A stretch of DNA of 60,112 nucleotides, the filler included, from Sphacelaria rigidula (taxonomy: Eukaryota), in assembly GCA_964200075.2 (NCBI GenBank). It is 5 parts of 5 records of this genome, joined end to end, with 100 filler letters (N's around TTAATTAATTAA, not from the genome) between each part and the next. Parts side by side here need not be neighbours in the genome. Positions count along the whole stretch, not along the records: positions 36,129 to 48,070 come from CAXNAA020004308.1; positions 48,171 to 60,112 come from CAXNAA020004309.1; 3 more parts are not named here. One strand, 5' to 3'. The notes below the pieces were generated by a model. It worked only from the letters and a program-made list of their open reading frames with translations, did no database searches and was not told the DNA's origin. The translations under genes and the position numbers were made by a program. Position 1 is the first letter of the stretch; each line of letters starts with the position of its first letter. This document shows, piece by piece, positions 37,963-51,100 of the stretch.

Positions 37963-40900
37963 TTACGCGGGATAAATGACATGGGATACTGATACTAACT
38001 CTTTTCCCATTGTCATGGGCTCCACACGAAGCGTGTGATGACCCACTCCCACCTGCGCAGCTAGGAACACGCACGCGCCCCCATTAAAAAAATGATGTTG
38101 AACGGGTCTTATCACATACGTGATTTCTCCATCAATCCAAAATTTCACCCGTTTCTCATCGTGAAGCCGTACTCTTTCCACGGTTTCGCCCCTGCATACG
38201 ACCACTCGCGAATGTGCGCTGGCGCCGACACTAGAATCGATACCGCTGCCGAATAACGCGGCATCAGGCCCCGCATTTTTCGCCGTCAAACGTCCCTTCG
38301 TCTCAAACTCGAACTCGATGGGACCGGACTGCTGATCCCCAACAAGCACCCACTTCATGTCGATCGGCTTGTGCATGCCCGGAGGGTTCGGCTGTCGAAG
38401 ATAACCGAAAATCGTTGGTTTGTCCTCGTTAAGGGTCACCGCCCAGTGCCCCACCGTCGGCGCCGCAGTAAGGTTTCTCTTATCTCCATTCACGACTGGC
38501 GTGCGCTCGGAAACCATGTCCAACAGTCTCGAACCATCTTTCCCCGCCAAGGGGTAGTACGTATTGGCGCACCTGTAGTCTCCAGCACCATCGCAAAACC
38601 GCCAGCCCCCGCACCATGAAGGCGGGGGAAGGATTCTCCCTCGACCCGCCCCAACAAAGTCAGAACCATCCCCGGATACTTCTACCGGATCTTCTGGTAA
38701 ACCCAACTCAGCGCGCAGCGCGGTCTGATCTTCGCCGCCTCTTGGGGCTTCTCTTTCGCTGCGGAGTTGCTGGGACGTGACGAGCGGCTTAATAGCATCA
38801 AGGCGCTCTAGGGCGTTGAGGAACACACGGGCATAGTGCATGAAGAGGACGTCGGCCGTGAGCTCGTGCGCATGAGGTCCTGGGTGCCAGCTGCAGAACA
38901 CGGGTGCAGTTGAGGAAAGCAATCGAGAATGGAATAACAGGAAATAATGGGGAAAGAACTGAGACGTTTATATGCGCCGGGCGACGACAAAAAATTGTCT
39001 CCGGGTTGCGTCGATCGTTTGTCCGCTACGAGTCCTTGACTATTGGAGAAATGACGTCCACGCGGGAGCTAGATGCTGCTGCGACTACGCATCAAGTGGG
39101 TTCACACCAACCCACGTTCACAGTGTAAACTACCCGACCGCAGATGGAGATTAATCTCAACACGCCTTGCAAGACTATCCAGCAGTAAATGAAGACTGCA
39201 GACACTTCCCTGGACACTCAAGGAAACACCGGGTCCATATCATCAGCTGATGGGGAAGAGCTGCATTGCACGTTCTAAAATTGCCGAAGAAACAGCATGC
39301 ATGGTCAGTTGCGACTGACGTCGGGTCATCAGCTAGATAGCAGAGTTCACCGCACGAAATACTAACCAGAATCCATTGCAGCCCTCACCTCATCGGTCTT
39401 GGGTAGTGCTTCCCATCGCCAAACATGTAGCCACGATCAAATCGTTTGTCCTCGCACCCGTACAATGGAATCAGCTCATTCATGAGCATGCTGTGTAGTC
39501 CGAATTTGCGATAGACGGACATCAGGCTTCGTTTCGCGGCGCCTGCTTTACACTCGCCGAATAAACTGGATTTTCCGGTACGGGTAGGCCGGTAGCAGCA
39601 CCGCACAAGGCGAGGGAGAGGCAGAAATGCTGTCAGCGAGTATCACTTGAAATAAAAATAATGATGTAGCTCGGTTAAGAATATACAAGGCAAAATGCAG
39701 AGGCTTCTTGGATTATGCCCGAGAGTAAATATATAGCAGCGTACGCTCCGATTTCAACCCCCAACACTTAATTCATCACTGCGACGTGAATTGTGGTAAC
39801 CCTTACGTTATCAAAAGTACAAGGTGTCAACTGACCACTGTACGTAAAATTCACGACGGGAACGAGCACGCACACCCAGAGCAACGAGACGAGTGAGTTT
39901 CCTCGCACAAAGAGTCCCAAGTCCATACCACGTACATTCGGGACCGCTGGACTTGCACCCCAGCGCTGAGCCCGATCCCTATTATCTTGCCGCTTCCGAT
40001 CACTCACGATATTCGAGGTACGTTGGAACGCAGGAACATGATACACAGCTTTCGCAGCACTGAAGCCGCAGCAAGTAGCTGAACAAGTATACTGAAGGTT
40101 AGACCGCACCACCTGTAATTGGCGGGTACCGCGTGCAACGGTCCCCACCGAAGCTTCCACCTTCACAAGGTGAGTCACCGACACTAACCCTTTACTAAGA
40201 TGTTGGATGAGGCGAAATTTCTTCTCCTCACAGAGATCCTGATCCGGTGCGGCATTAAGGATGAGCACTGCTGGTCTCCTCGGCAACACTGACGCTGTCC
40301 TGATGAACAATTCGATCGCTTCCGCGGGCTGGTCGCATAACTTTCTTGCTACAGGAACTTCCATGGACTTCACAGTGTAGGGGCGGGAAAACAGGGCAGC
40401 GGACCGGAAACGTCACGGAAACGGGGGATCTGACATGAACGGTGCGGCTGGTGACCTGTGATTTCGTCCTGTAAGTCTGGCCAGCGTATCCGAGATTGCT
40501 CCTTATACAAAGCAACAACAGGAAGGATGTATTTGTTGTCGTTTTGCATGTGGGTAATGATCATTTATTTTTTCGCCATCCTTCCAACCCCTCTCCTCTC
40601 TCGGGGCGAACCCGTAGTCTCAAAATATTGATCAACCTTTTCCCCCGCACACGACCTGCATGTTTGATAGCGCAGACTGGATCTGCACTCCCGCACCGCG
40701 TCGGCGCTCGTCAGATAGTTTCGTGTTGCCTCTGATGTCCTCACGTCTTCAATGACGGAAATCATACATGTGTCTGAAAAAAGCCGCATCTGCCGGAATT
40801 CGTACCCTCCATACGCCGAGACACCCAGCCGAATATAATATCCCCCTTCTAAGCGGTCTCAGCTCCACCAGTTTCATCCCTGGGGTGCTAAAAACGCAAT

Positions 40901-43900
40901 GGGACACAACAAGGGTTCAGTACGCAGCACACCCGACTGCTCAACGTACTATATAACTGCTCAATGGCTTACTAGAAATAGAACGTGCTGTAGATCCCAC
41001 CAAACGTATTAAATTGGTGGAAGCTATTGCTGAAACGCTGCGTACACGGAAGTTGGCGTCAACTGACAGCCACAGCAAGGGACGGTGCAGTGTGCCTACC
41101 TACAGAAAACTCTGCGGACGGAAAATATGTGCCGACTGTTTTCGTTCAAGACCTTGGATGTCTCTTCGCAGTGAGGGGAGGACAACACGCGACAACGGCT
41201 GACATGCGACCTGCCGATCAAGCCTACTACTACAACATTACGGCTACTCAGCACACAAGAAGAGTAGGTAGCGTTTGTCGCCCTCTCACCATTTCCCAAG
41301 AAATAATGTCTGCATGTAGTCCGGCGTGAGCATCCAAACAGTAACTGTAGGGAGCAACGCGTGTGTTACCCATGGCAACATTGATTGCCTCGAACCTGTG
41401 TGAACAAACCGATCGCGACGACGATAAACGGCACGCAGTTCAATATAGCTCGAGTGTGACTTGTCGCGTTCGCAATACAAGGCATTGTGCCTTCGGAGCA
41501 CGCGACAACGTCATACCCCGAGATTTTCAGGAACGCAATGAGGCGCTAAAGACCAGTAATTCATGCTCTGCAGAGCGATCTCTCTTCTCTATTTTGTACT
41601 AATATCTGCAGCACAGTCAAGGCGGGGCGTGACGTTCATCCCACAGCCTGCAGGTTGCCGAGCACTTGACTGATTCCGGACCACGTAGGACCAGGCATGT
41701 GTTCGCATTTTTGCTTCGTTCACGGTGTAAAATGAAGCAACTCCAACACCGAATATGCCGATTAAAAGCGCACGGGCACACGATCCAGCGGGCTCATGTT
41801 TCCCGACATGACCCCGGTCCCGGTACATGCTGGTCCGGCTAAGAAGCTCACTTTCCTTCAGCCCGTTCTAACTGACGATGAATGGCGAGTTGTGCCTACT
41901 ATGACACATCGTGGTATTCGGCAAATCAGTGCGCGTCTTCAAATCCATGTAGCACTGCGATCCGAGAAGGTCTCATCAAACGAAATCCCAAACTATAGTC
42001 AAGTGCGAAAGTATAGAGAGTTGAGGATACCATGTGCGGCGGAATAAGCCAAGATAAAACGGCTGAGATTGGATTTTCGGTTACAGCCAGTTGTGCCCGC
42101 GTGGTGCCTAGAGGTGGGCACCGGATACCAAAATTAAAAAAACGGTTAAACCGGTTTAACCTGATAAGCAAGGGAAAACGCCTCCAAATTATTGGAGCGC
42201 AGGTGAACTAGGCGTTCTTATTATGTTTCGTGTGTGGTGTATGACAGATACGCTCAAACACACCCGTTACCGGTGATGGCAAGGTTCAATCTCACGCCTC
42301 CTCCCTTTGCACCCGTGCAACACCTGTCGAACTTTACAGCACAGTGGCTGGTGGCTGACACAAATTTCAATGTGTGATAGGACGTGGTGTTGGCCATTAC
42401 TTAAAGAGCTGCTGTTAAAAAATCTGGCACCCAACCCTAGCCAACATAGGGTGTCGAAAGTCGAAAAGAAAGACTATACTCCGGAGTAGTAGATTGTAGT
42501 AGGCACCTGAACCGTTGTTTCTACTTTCTTCGTCATTGACGATTTTCTCAGGCTCTTTCGCTTGTCATCGCCCATCACACTGGGGATCTGAATATACTTG
42601 TATCCGCTCCGCATTCAATGAAAACAAAAGTCATCTGTATTCAACCTTGAGTCACTCACGGGCTGACCGGTCATCGGGGGTCCTGCAATTTTTCAGCACA
42701 GATGCTGACTCCTCGGAATTTTCGGTCGATCAAGCCTGTCCCGATTGTTGTGAAAAAATGTACAGTTTTATGTTCATGAAGTTCTACCTACTCACTACAC
42801 CAGAGCCGAATAACTGTGTTTCACAGTCAATAATACCCTCCTTATGAACGGGGCATTTGCTCGTATCGCCCGATAACACCAAGTGACACTAACTTGGGCA
42901 CTGTTTTTTTCAAGGGTTATCTCCTGATTTCATCAAAATCTACCGACGCTAGCACTTTGGAGCTCTATCGAAGAGTTGTACGCGAGAATTCCCCCAAACA
43001 ACCCCGAATAGCTCAGGGGTCTATAATAGTACTTTATGCACCCCACAACCCGATGCCCAACAATCGAGGGACGAGCAGGGTTCATGCCATTCCTCAACTT
43101 TGCATGGAAAAGCGTACCGCTCCTGTGTCGAAAAACAACAAACAGCGGACAACTAACAACCCACACTTGACGCTGAGCAATGCTACGGCAGGGGTGCACT
43201 TTTTGCGCAAAATCTTGTCTGGTTCAGGGGCTCGTAACGATTATAGATGCACAAGAATATGGGTCAGGGCACCCACGTTTGGAAATCCATTCGGGAAAAT
43301 CCCTGGCACAGTGAAATAGTATCCCTGGCGTACTCTCACATATTTCATGAGTCGTGTTTCGGAGGAGATAAAGGGCTCCCAACAATTCTGACCTCAGAAA
43401 AAAATTGTGCACCCCTACCGTAGCATCGCTCCGCTGCAAACCACGCCGAACCACACGAACACATCCTCTCCCTGGGCAATTTCGCCCTACAGAATGAACG
43501 ATGACGCACTTTATCGTACAAGAGCGATAGGCGACAAGACATCGTATCAACTTTTGTCAGGAAGTAACAACAGCATCACCATCGTATCCCCCGTGAGGTA
43601 ACTAAAACAGATCTTCAAAGTAAACAGAAGTTCACGCCTACTAATCTTGCCTAAAAAACGCGCAGTCTGACTCTATGTGAAAGGGTGACGTGTAGTGTGA
43701 CGTGTAGCGTGTGACGTGTAGCATGTGACGTGTCATATGTCACGCTTTCGCTACCAACAAACTTCGCAATTGAATCGGTTAAACCGGTTCACCGGGAAAA
43801 CCGGTTCAACCGCCATAGTAACGCCTCCTTTTGCCGGTTGAATCGTTTTTCCGGTGAACCGGTTTAACCGGCAAAAAAGAAAAACTTCTGTTTTTAGAAC

Positions 43901-46177
43901 CGTAACCGGTTAACACCCATTGAGGTCTCGGTTTTTTTTTATAGATACCCACCTCTAGTGGTGCCGCACAAGCTGTAGCACAATTCCCGAGCTCAATTTT
44001 CAGTCGTTTTCGATTAACTTTGGACGCGATGTACAGGACGTGTGTGCAAACACCCCTTTGTTCCTTCCGTGTGTTTCTTTTTTCTTCTTCGTGGATTGTT
44101 GGAGACGGAACATTTCAGAATAGTTTTTCCGTAACAAAATAAGCAAATATCTCACGAAGAAAAAAAACAAGAAAACAGGGGGGTTAAGAAGGGGTCGTTG
44201 CACATACGTCTTGCACATTGTGTCAAAATTTCATCGGAAACAGCTTGAAAATGAACAGCATAAATGCGTTTGAATTACTCGTAACTGGTCCATCTCAATG
44301 TACTACACGAACCGGTTGTCGACGGAATGACGCGAGTCGAGCGCTCAATTTTGGATCGTTTCCGAAGAAATCTTGACACGATATACAGGGCGTATGTGCG
44401 AAGACCGAACCTTCCCCCCTATGTTTTTTTTTCCCTATGTGAGTTATTGGCGACGGAAAATTTCGAAACAGTGTTTAGGAACAAAATTGCCAATAACTCA
44501 CGAAAAAAATAACATGGGGGGAAAGGTTGGGTATTCGCAGATACATCCTGTACATTGTATCAACATTTCATCGCAAGCGATCCAAAGTTGAGCGCACGAC
44601 TCGCGTTTCAACATTCCTGGTGGCATCGTGGGCGGCCCAGCTTGTACAACTATGGTGGTGGGAAATTGCACAGCAGCATTCGCAGCACCCCATCCTCCCT
44701 CGACTTATTTTGGGCAAAAGACGAATGTCGAGCCTTGACCTCTAGAAATTTGCACGTGGCCCCCCTTGACATCGGTGAAAATTATCACGGAAATAAATAT
44801 TCCTCCACCAAACCCACTCGCAGCCGTGTATGGAATGACCGGGACGGAGGAGCAACAAATGTACACGGGAGAGAATTTTTAGCTCATCAAGGCTCAGTGC
44901 GTCAGGGGAAATCTTAGCCCAAAGCGAGGGATGATCCACTGGATGATGGTACGCTTCGATGCGAGTGGGTGCCACGTTCACGTCGATGATGCGAAGCGAT
45001 GGTTTGAATACACACACAACGCGCTTTGAAATCTTGTCAAGATATACACGTGTGCAGAATGTGTCACCTCACGCCCGTGGCCGCAAAAAGTCTCGACATG
45101 GTCGCGTTGAACAAGATGGGGTAGCTCTGCTCGTACAGGCAATCGTGCCCCGCAGTCACAGATATTCCTGAGTGCAGCACGGAAAACAAAAATACAGAAT
45201 CGAAGGTTGCTATTGGCGGGGAATAGGTCCATGGGGTTCGGTTATCACAGAAAATTAGCTTTCACACCAACCGTAAGGGATAACCATGTGTTCCCACACC
45301 AACATATGCGCACCAATGTAATATACTTCTGGCAGACCGATCTTGTGACAAAAACGACACGTCGATAAATGGCGAAAGTTGGGGCTATCAGCCGCATGCA
45401 CACCAGCCCTGTTCATGTGACCCCGCCCATGTCCGTACACGAAAGTTCATTTGGATGGTTGGTCCTTCCCAATCACAAGAACGAATTCATCACACTGACT
45501 ACTCGCCTGTGAACGCCGCGAGGAAACCTCCCTGCTCCAAGACTGCGTTCAGCATTTTATCCTCCACTACTTTTCCTCCATCAGAGAACCGCATTCCTTT
45601 CGAAAAAAGAGTCTCGTTATATTCGGTGCCCCATCGTGCCTGCAAATTCCAGCAAAACAAATATGATGTTCGAAAGCGAGCGCATGCATCATTGGATCCA
45701 ATCACACGACACACTTCGTGCCTCGGACAGAAGCGGCCCATTTGCACGCAGAAAGATGGGCGGAGAGGAAGTTGAAAGGATTTCATAGGCTGTGCCCAGA
45801 GGGGTCGTGACAGAGTAGCGTTCTGTTGGATATCCAGGTTTTCGGGCCGTGCATAATGCAGTGATGGCTGCAGAAACCTACGGTAGGTCGGGACCCTCAG
45901 CTTCCAGAACGAGAAACGCGCACGAGGGTCCCATTCATGACTGAGGTGGAGCGTGCTCTGCCCTGCGCAACTTCACTCTTCCAGCGAACAACTGATGCGC
46001 TACCCTGTGCTCCTTCCGAGCTGTGCGACTCTAGTTTACAGCAGCTGGTGGACACTTGCCGGCTCACCAAAATGCCTTCCGCAATTTCGCCGTACACTGC
46101 GCGGGCGTTATCAATCAAGATTCCCGGCGTCGCCTCTGGCCACACCCCATCGTCGAACGGGAATCTATACGCGTGAT
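37963..46177 (-). CDS. SGNH/GDSL-hydrolase-like protein (putative carbohydrate esterase or O-acyltransferase; 5' end not resolved)
   Basis: Exons 46068-46177, 45507-45639, 45068-45167, 41290-41395, 40189-40367, 39389-39565 and 37963-38890 join in frame to a TAA stop. Motifs: block I-like FLAAFTG|ISVTAGHD, block II-like INVAMGN, block III-like ADIISWEM, then ELFIR..LPRRPAVLIL and block V-like PMS|WHPGPHAHEL. Confidence 0.82.
42109..43957. mobile_element. Non-autonomous hAT DNA transposon in an intron of the SGNH gene
   Basis: TIR TAGAGGTGGG[C/T]A at both ends. Perfect 8-bp TSD GTGGTGCC at 42101-42108 and 43958-43965. Subterminal AACCGGTT motifs and GTGACGTGTAG tandem repeats are present. No transposase ORF. 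Confidence 0.9.
43175..43431. mobile_element. MITE family S, copy 3 (nested in the hAT element)
   Basis: Same TIRs as 4916-5171; TSD CGCT/CGCT. Confidence 0.8.
43990..44610. repeat. Two adjacent related MITE-like inverted-repeat elements
   Basis: About 43990-44256 and 44329-44608 each have long imperfect terminal inverted repeats (for example ACGCGAGTCGAGCGCTCAATTTTGGATCG / CGATCCAAAGTTGAGCGCACGACTCGCGT). Confidence 0.6.
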
Positions 46178-48170
46178 CTGTGTGCGGCAAACTGCTCGCG
46201 CGACTGTTTCCTCCCTCATGTCCGTCTCCTGCGTGAGTTCAAGGGATGTAAAATGACATGGCACAGCGAAGGTTCCAACAAATCTCGTACGCATGTTGAC
46301 TGGGCTAGCTGGATCAGGGCATGTTTTACGCAACCTCTGAAGCAGCCAGATCTGTCGTCGGACATCAGTTGGACTGGCTTCGCGGGGATGAGAATTCATT
46401 TGTGATGCAGAGGCACCACCTACATCCAGGCGGGGGGGTTGAGGCACGACACGCCTACACCTTGAGTCATAATTAGTCGTGCAACCAAGAGTCACGACCA
46501 ACACATGCGCCCATTTAACGGTGACGATTGGGAGGCGATGATGAGCAGTGACCGCGCCAGCACCACACGTGGCCATTCGTACATCTTGTACAAGCGCTGA
46601 CCCACGGGCGCGCCAGTGCATGCGGCCTCGCATCGGATGGGTGCCGAGTTGCGTAACACGCACCAGTCGAGAGTGCCGCAGAGAACGCTGTACTGCTGGC
46701 TGAGAGTGTGTATGAAAAAAATCTGCACAGCGCCCATGCCAAACTGACGTCCCCATAGACCCCCCCCCACCCTAGGCAATCTCCAACTCCCAGAACTGTC
46801 CGGCTCATCATCACGGACCCCTTCCTGTGCCCATTGTCGTGGTAGTTTATCGCGGCGGTGAAAGGATTGGGTGCAATCGTGTTCTGTGTCATATCTAATA
46901 GGTGCAGAGAAGGCTGGTGGCGATAATTGCACAGTAACATATTTTGTTGTAAAAGAGGGTGTACCCTGTGGGGGTTTTGTTTTCGACAAAACGGGGTAGT
47001 GCATTTTTTGGTTCGGGGCACGACGCAGCACGCGGGCTGGGCACCTCGAAAAAAAGTTCCAGCGCCTCACCCCCACGCCCAACGCGCCTGGGCACCATCC
47101 CCGACCACTTGTGTCCTCATCACATGGCGTTGGGTTCAACTACGGTGCGGAAAAGGAGGGCCTGTTAGAGCACCATTTTTGTAAAAACACCAGCAGCATA
47201 CACCCCACTCTCAGCTAAACGTTCCACCGCAACCTCTTCTGCTAATCTGCGTACCCTTTGATGCTGACGGACATACCCTTTTTTGCCCACCGGTGACCCT
47301 ACCGCGGGCTCCAAAGAGGGTACGCCAAGCAGTCATAAGTATACCCCCATTTCGTCAATTTACACCTCGCGTAAAGGGGCAAAAACCAACGGCCATGAAT
47401 CGTAGCCGGCTGTGGACTGCCCTGCATACCCCAAAGTAGCGAAGGTGCATAAAGGGCACGAACGCTTGAGTGTGGTAGAAGGCAGATCCGAAAGGGTGTG
47501 GAAAGTCTCGCCGGCACACACACGCTCGGGCGTCATCATGTCGCGTCACCATGTGGAAGATCAGAGTGGTGCGGGATCTGCGGCTCGTGGACCGGGACGA
47601 AACGTTACGCCGGATTGCAGGAACGTACGAATCGGATTACGCATCATTGGATGTGCTGCTGCGACCCTGGCTGGCGCGCCCGCACATAACGAAAGGTGTG
47701 AACTGGCGTCCAGAAAAAATGGAGTGACAACGCACACACACACCGCCGAGAAAGTGCCACACAAAAAAATGAGCTTCTCGAGACGAGCGAAGCACAACAC
47801 GCTGCATCGAACTTGAAGCGCAGTATCCCCCACGAACGATGCTATGCAGCAGGGCGACAGCGGCGCTGATCCGCCATCCAACCGCAAACTATTCACCTCA
47901 GTCCACGCCCCACAGAGAAGGTGTACGCTCCGCTTCGAAGAGATGTGCGGCAAACGGTCGAATTAGTAAAGGCAAGCAAAAGATGAGCTCGCCCCCCCCC
48001 CCCCTCCATGTCAAATCCACATGGAGGTTGGGGTCTCGTGGTGAGATACCTGTAAAACCTTACCGGCTTCNNNNNNNNNNNNNNNNNNNNNNNNNNNNNN
48101 NNNNNNNNNNNNNNTTAATTAATTAANNNNNNNNNNNNNNNNNNNNNNNNNNNNNNNNNNNNNNNNNNNN

Positions 48171-51100
48171 GCGTATGGATAGAGTAGTCAGAGACCAAGG
48201 GGGGGAGACTGCCGTCCTGATGCCGAAGGAACTCCGAGGTTGGCGATGGTTTCCTCTTGTATATGTAGGCAAAAAGTGGGGTCAGACTAGAAGTGGTCGC
48301 CAGGGGCGACCAGGACCTTAGGGGATGTTGGACCGTCCTATATTTGGCTCTTCCTGGCATCACACCGAGTTGTCTAGGTACGTAGGCATCACAGGGTCCT
48401 CGGTAATTTGGTCCTTCCGGACCGTTCCCACCTTGTCCCTGCTTGCGCTGGGTCTTCATCTATGTGTGGCATCAGTCTCTGATATGCCACTGTAAAGATG
48501 TATCCTCCATATTTCCCCCCTCTTCATGCACCTCAAGCCCATCGAGGCTATGGCTGGTGGGACGAGGCGATCATCAGCGAAGCTGATGATATACTCATGG
48601 ATGTTTCTTTGAGTGACAATCATTGACTGAGTCACGCCACCACTAATCGCAAAGGTAGCACTTCTCTATACAGTGGTATTGAGTAAACACCCCCAGTAAA
48701 TTTTAGCTGCCTTTGGTCAGTAACAGTGCATGTATTCCAAACCCTCTAATTTTGTTCTTTTTCTGCCATGTAGCTGTCATAGGTGACATGTTTCCATCAG
48801 ATGTATTTGCACTTGGGTGCTGGTGGCATCTGCTGGTATGCATGACTGGGCACGTAACTCTCCTTGATTTCCGAATGGTGACCCCGGGCTACTGCTCAAC
48901 ACTTGAGCGTTTTGGTAGGACGCTCGAACAGTCTGTTGAACAGCCACATCCGTTTCCGTCACCCGGTATTGTCGGATTTTGATTCCGGGTGTGAGCGCTT
49001 TGCTAGCCCGTTGTCATGATGGTATATATCGAGGAGGTGTCTACCTTACGGTGTTTCGTCAGCTCGATAGGTCAGGTCCGCTTTGGACTGTAGCTTTCGA
49101 GTCTCATTGACCTCCGAATTTTGACCTCAGGTTCCTGCTCAACCCTTGAGCGTTTTGCTTGGACGCTCGAACAGCCTGTTAAACAGTCACGTCCGTTTAC
49201 GTTTCCCAGTAGTTTTGCATTCCGAGTCCGGATGTACGCGTTCAGCTAACCCCTTGTCATGACGGTATTTATCTATGAGATGTTTACGTTGTGGTACTTC
49301 GTCCGCCCGGTAGATCAGGTCAGCCGCTGGGCCGTAGCCCTGGAGTCCCAACAGATATTGATAGATGTAACGACTTTTTCCGACCTGAGTCTGGCACGTG
49401 ACCTACAACTCTTTTTCGACGCTGTAGCGTTCTATTGTGGGTAACGTTCCGTCTGGTTGGACTTTCTCCGGTAGAGGTATCTGTCTGCCTTGGAACAACT
49501 CTCTAAACTTGTCGACATCTGATGCGGGTGGCGTTTCCCGTGAACTATATTTCTTCAAGTAAGCGGGATGTACTGACATTTCTTCAGAGTCATCGCCTAT
49601 TTTGATCATGAATACAACCGGCGATCGTCATTCACTTATCATGAAAGATCCTGTCCACGGTGATTGAAGTTTGGGGTTCGGCTCTTCTGAGTCCTGGTAT
49701 GATGGGTACAAGAGTACCTTTTGACTGGGTTCGAAAACTGGGGAAGTTGTGAATTTGATCTTGTTTTCTTGCTCGTTCGCTCTTTCTCGTAGGACTTGTC
49801 TCGCAATCTCGAATCCAATCGGTAGGTTTTCCTGTGTTTCCTTGGAAAATTCTTCGGGTGTTGCTGCTTGGCGTTTTCAGGTATGCCGAGTACAATGTCC
49901 ATTGGTAGTCTGGGCTGTCTTCCAAACAACAAAAAATACGGTCTCTTGTAGTACTGTATCGTGATAAGAAGTGCTGTACGCCATTTGGACGAACGGAAGC
50001 AGGGACAACCAGTTTTGTGTTTCCGACTGATATATGTGTTTCCGACAGACGTATACCTAGCTAACATCGCGGGCATAGTGAAGTGGACTCGTTCCGACAC
50101 TGAATCACGTTGAACAGTGTTTTCGTGAGATTGACGATTGAGAGTGAAAAGCGGTCAATCAGTGAATGAATCGTTTCAGATGCGAAATGCACTTCCACGA
50201 GGCCCAANNNNNNNNNTGAAGGTAAAGAAAAGCACACGTGGAATAAAAAAATGACTCACTTAAAGCGTATGATCAAAGCCTAACTCCCGTTGCAATGCGT
50301 ATAGTTTGTTCTCGAATTCCGCTTTTTAATTCGCACGCAGCTTTACCGTGATGCTAAATGCAGTAAAGACTCTGTCATTGCTATTGATGTGGTCTGTTTT
50401 TTCGGCACCGGAATGAGCAAAACACACCTTGTGAGGTGGTCCAACACGGCAGTGCATATCTAGTACTCCAGCTTTGGACATCGAACTTGTTTTTCATTCG
50501 ACTGGGTTCGCCGGCACTCTTTCGTACAGCCGTCCTACCGTAACGTGTCCCATCGGCAAATTTTGGCCGGTTGTGAACCGTTTTCCCGGCGTTGGCAACC
50601 CTGACATAGTGTGCGCATTCCCTTCTCTATTTTTGCATTTTTTTCCGCCGTTGACTGACAGCCCTCGGTCATCTTGCACTAGCTTCAAACGGTGGAGCTT
50701 TTCAGCGGATATTTGACAGTGATATGTGGTCCAGCTATTTGCAACGCATGGTCTTCAGCCCGTTTCCACATATTTGGGTAAGCGGCAGTCTGATTTCAGC
50801 TTCTTGTCGCACTGGAGAAGCGCAAACAGCCGTGAGAGAATGTCCGGAATGACATGAGATGTTTCCGCCTTTTCGTCTTTTGTATTGAGGTGATACAGCC
50901 CAAAATCGTATTGCGTTTCAGCGTCACATATCGGCTCGACGGGTTGGCAATTTGTACTTTTGCCGTTTATGTGTTGCCGACCACGCGCACCCTGTCCTTA
51001 CAAGAATGATGCGCGTGAACGCTTGGGGTACATGAGTCTCACGGAATATCAATTTTTCCACTTGCCAGTCGAGTATAGCTTGGAAAGCACTCATAATGGA

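Noticed and set aside
35971..48220. End of block 3 seems to overlap the start of block 5
   Set aside because: The shared LTR segments differ at several positions, so they are separate copies rather than a true overlap.
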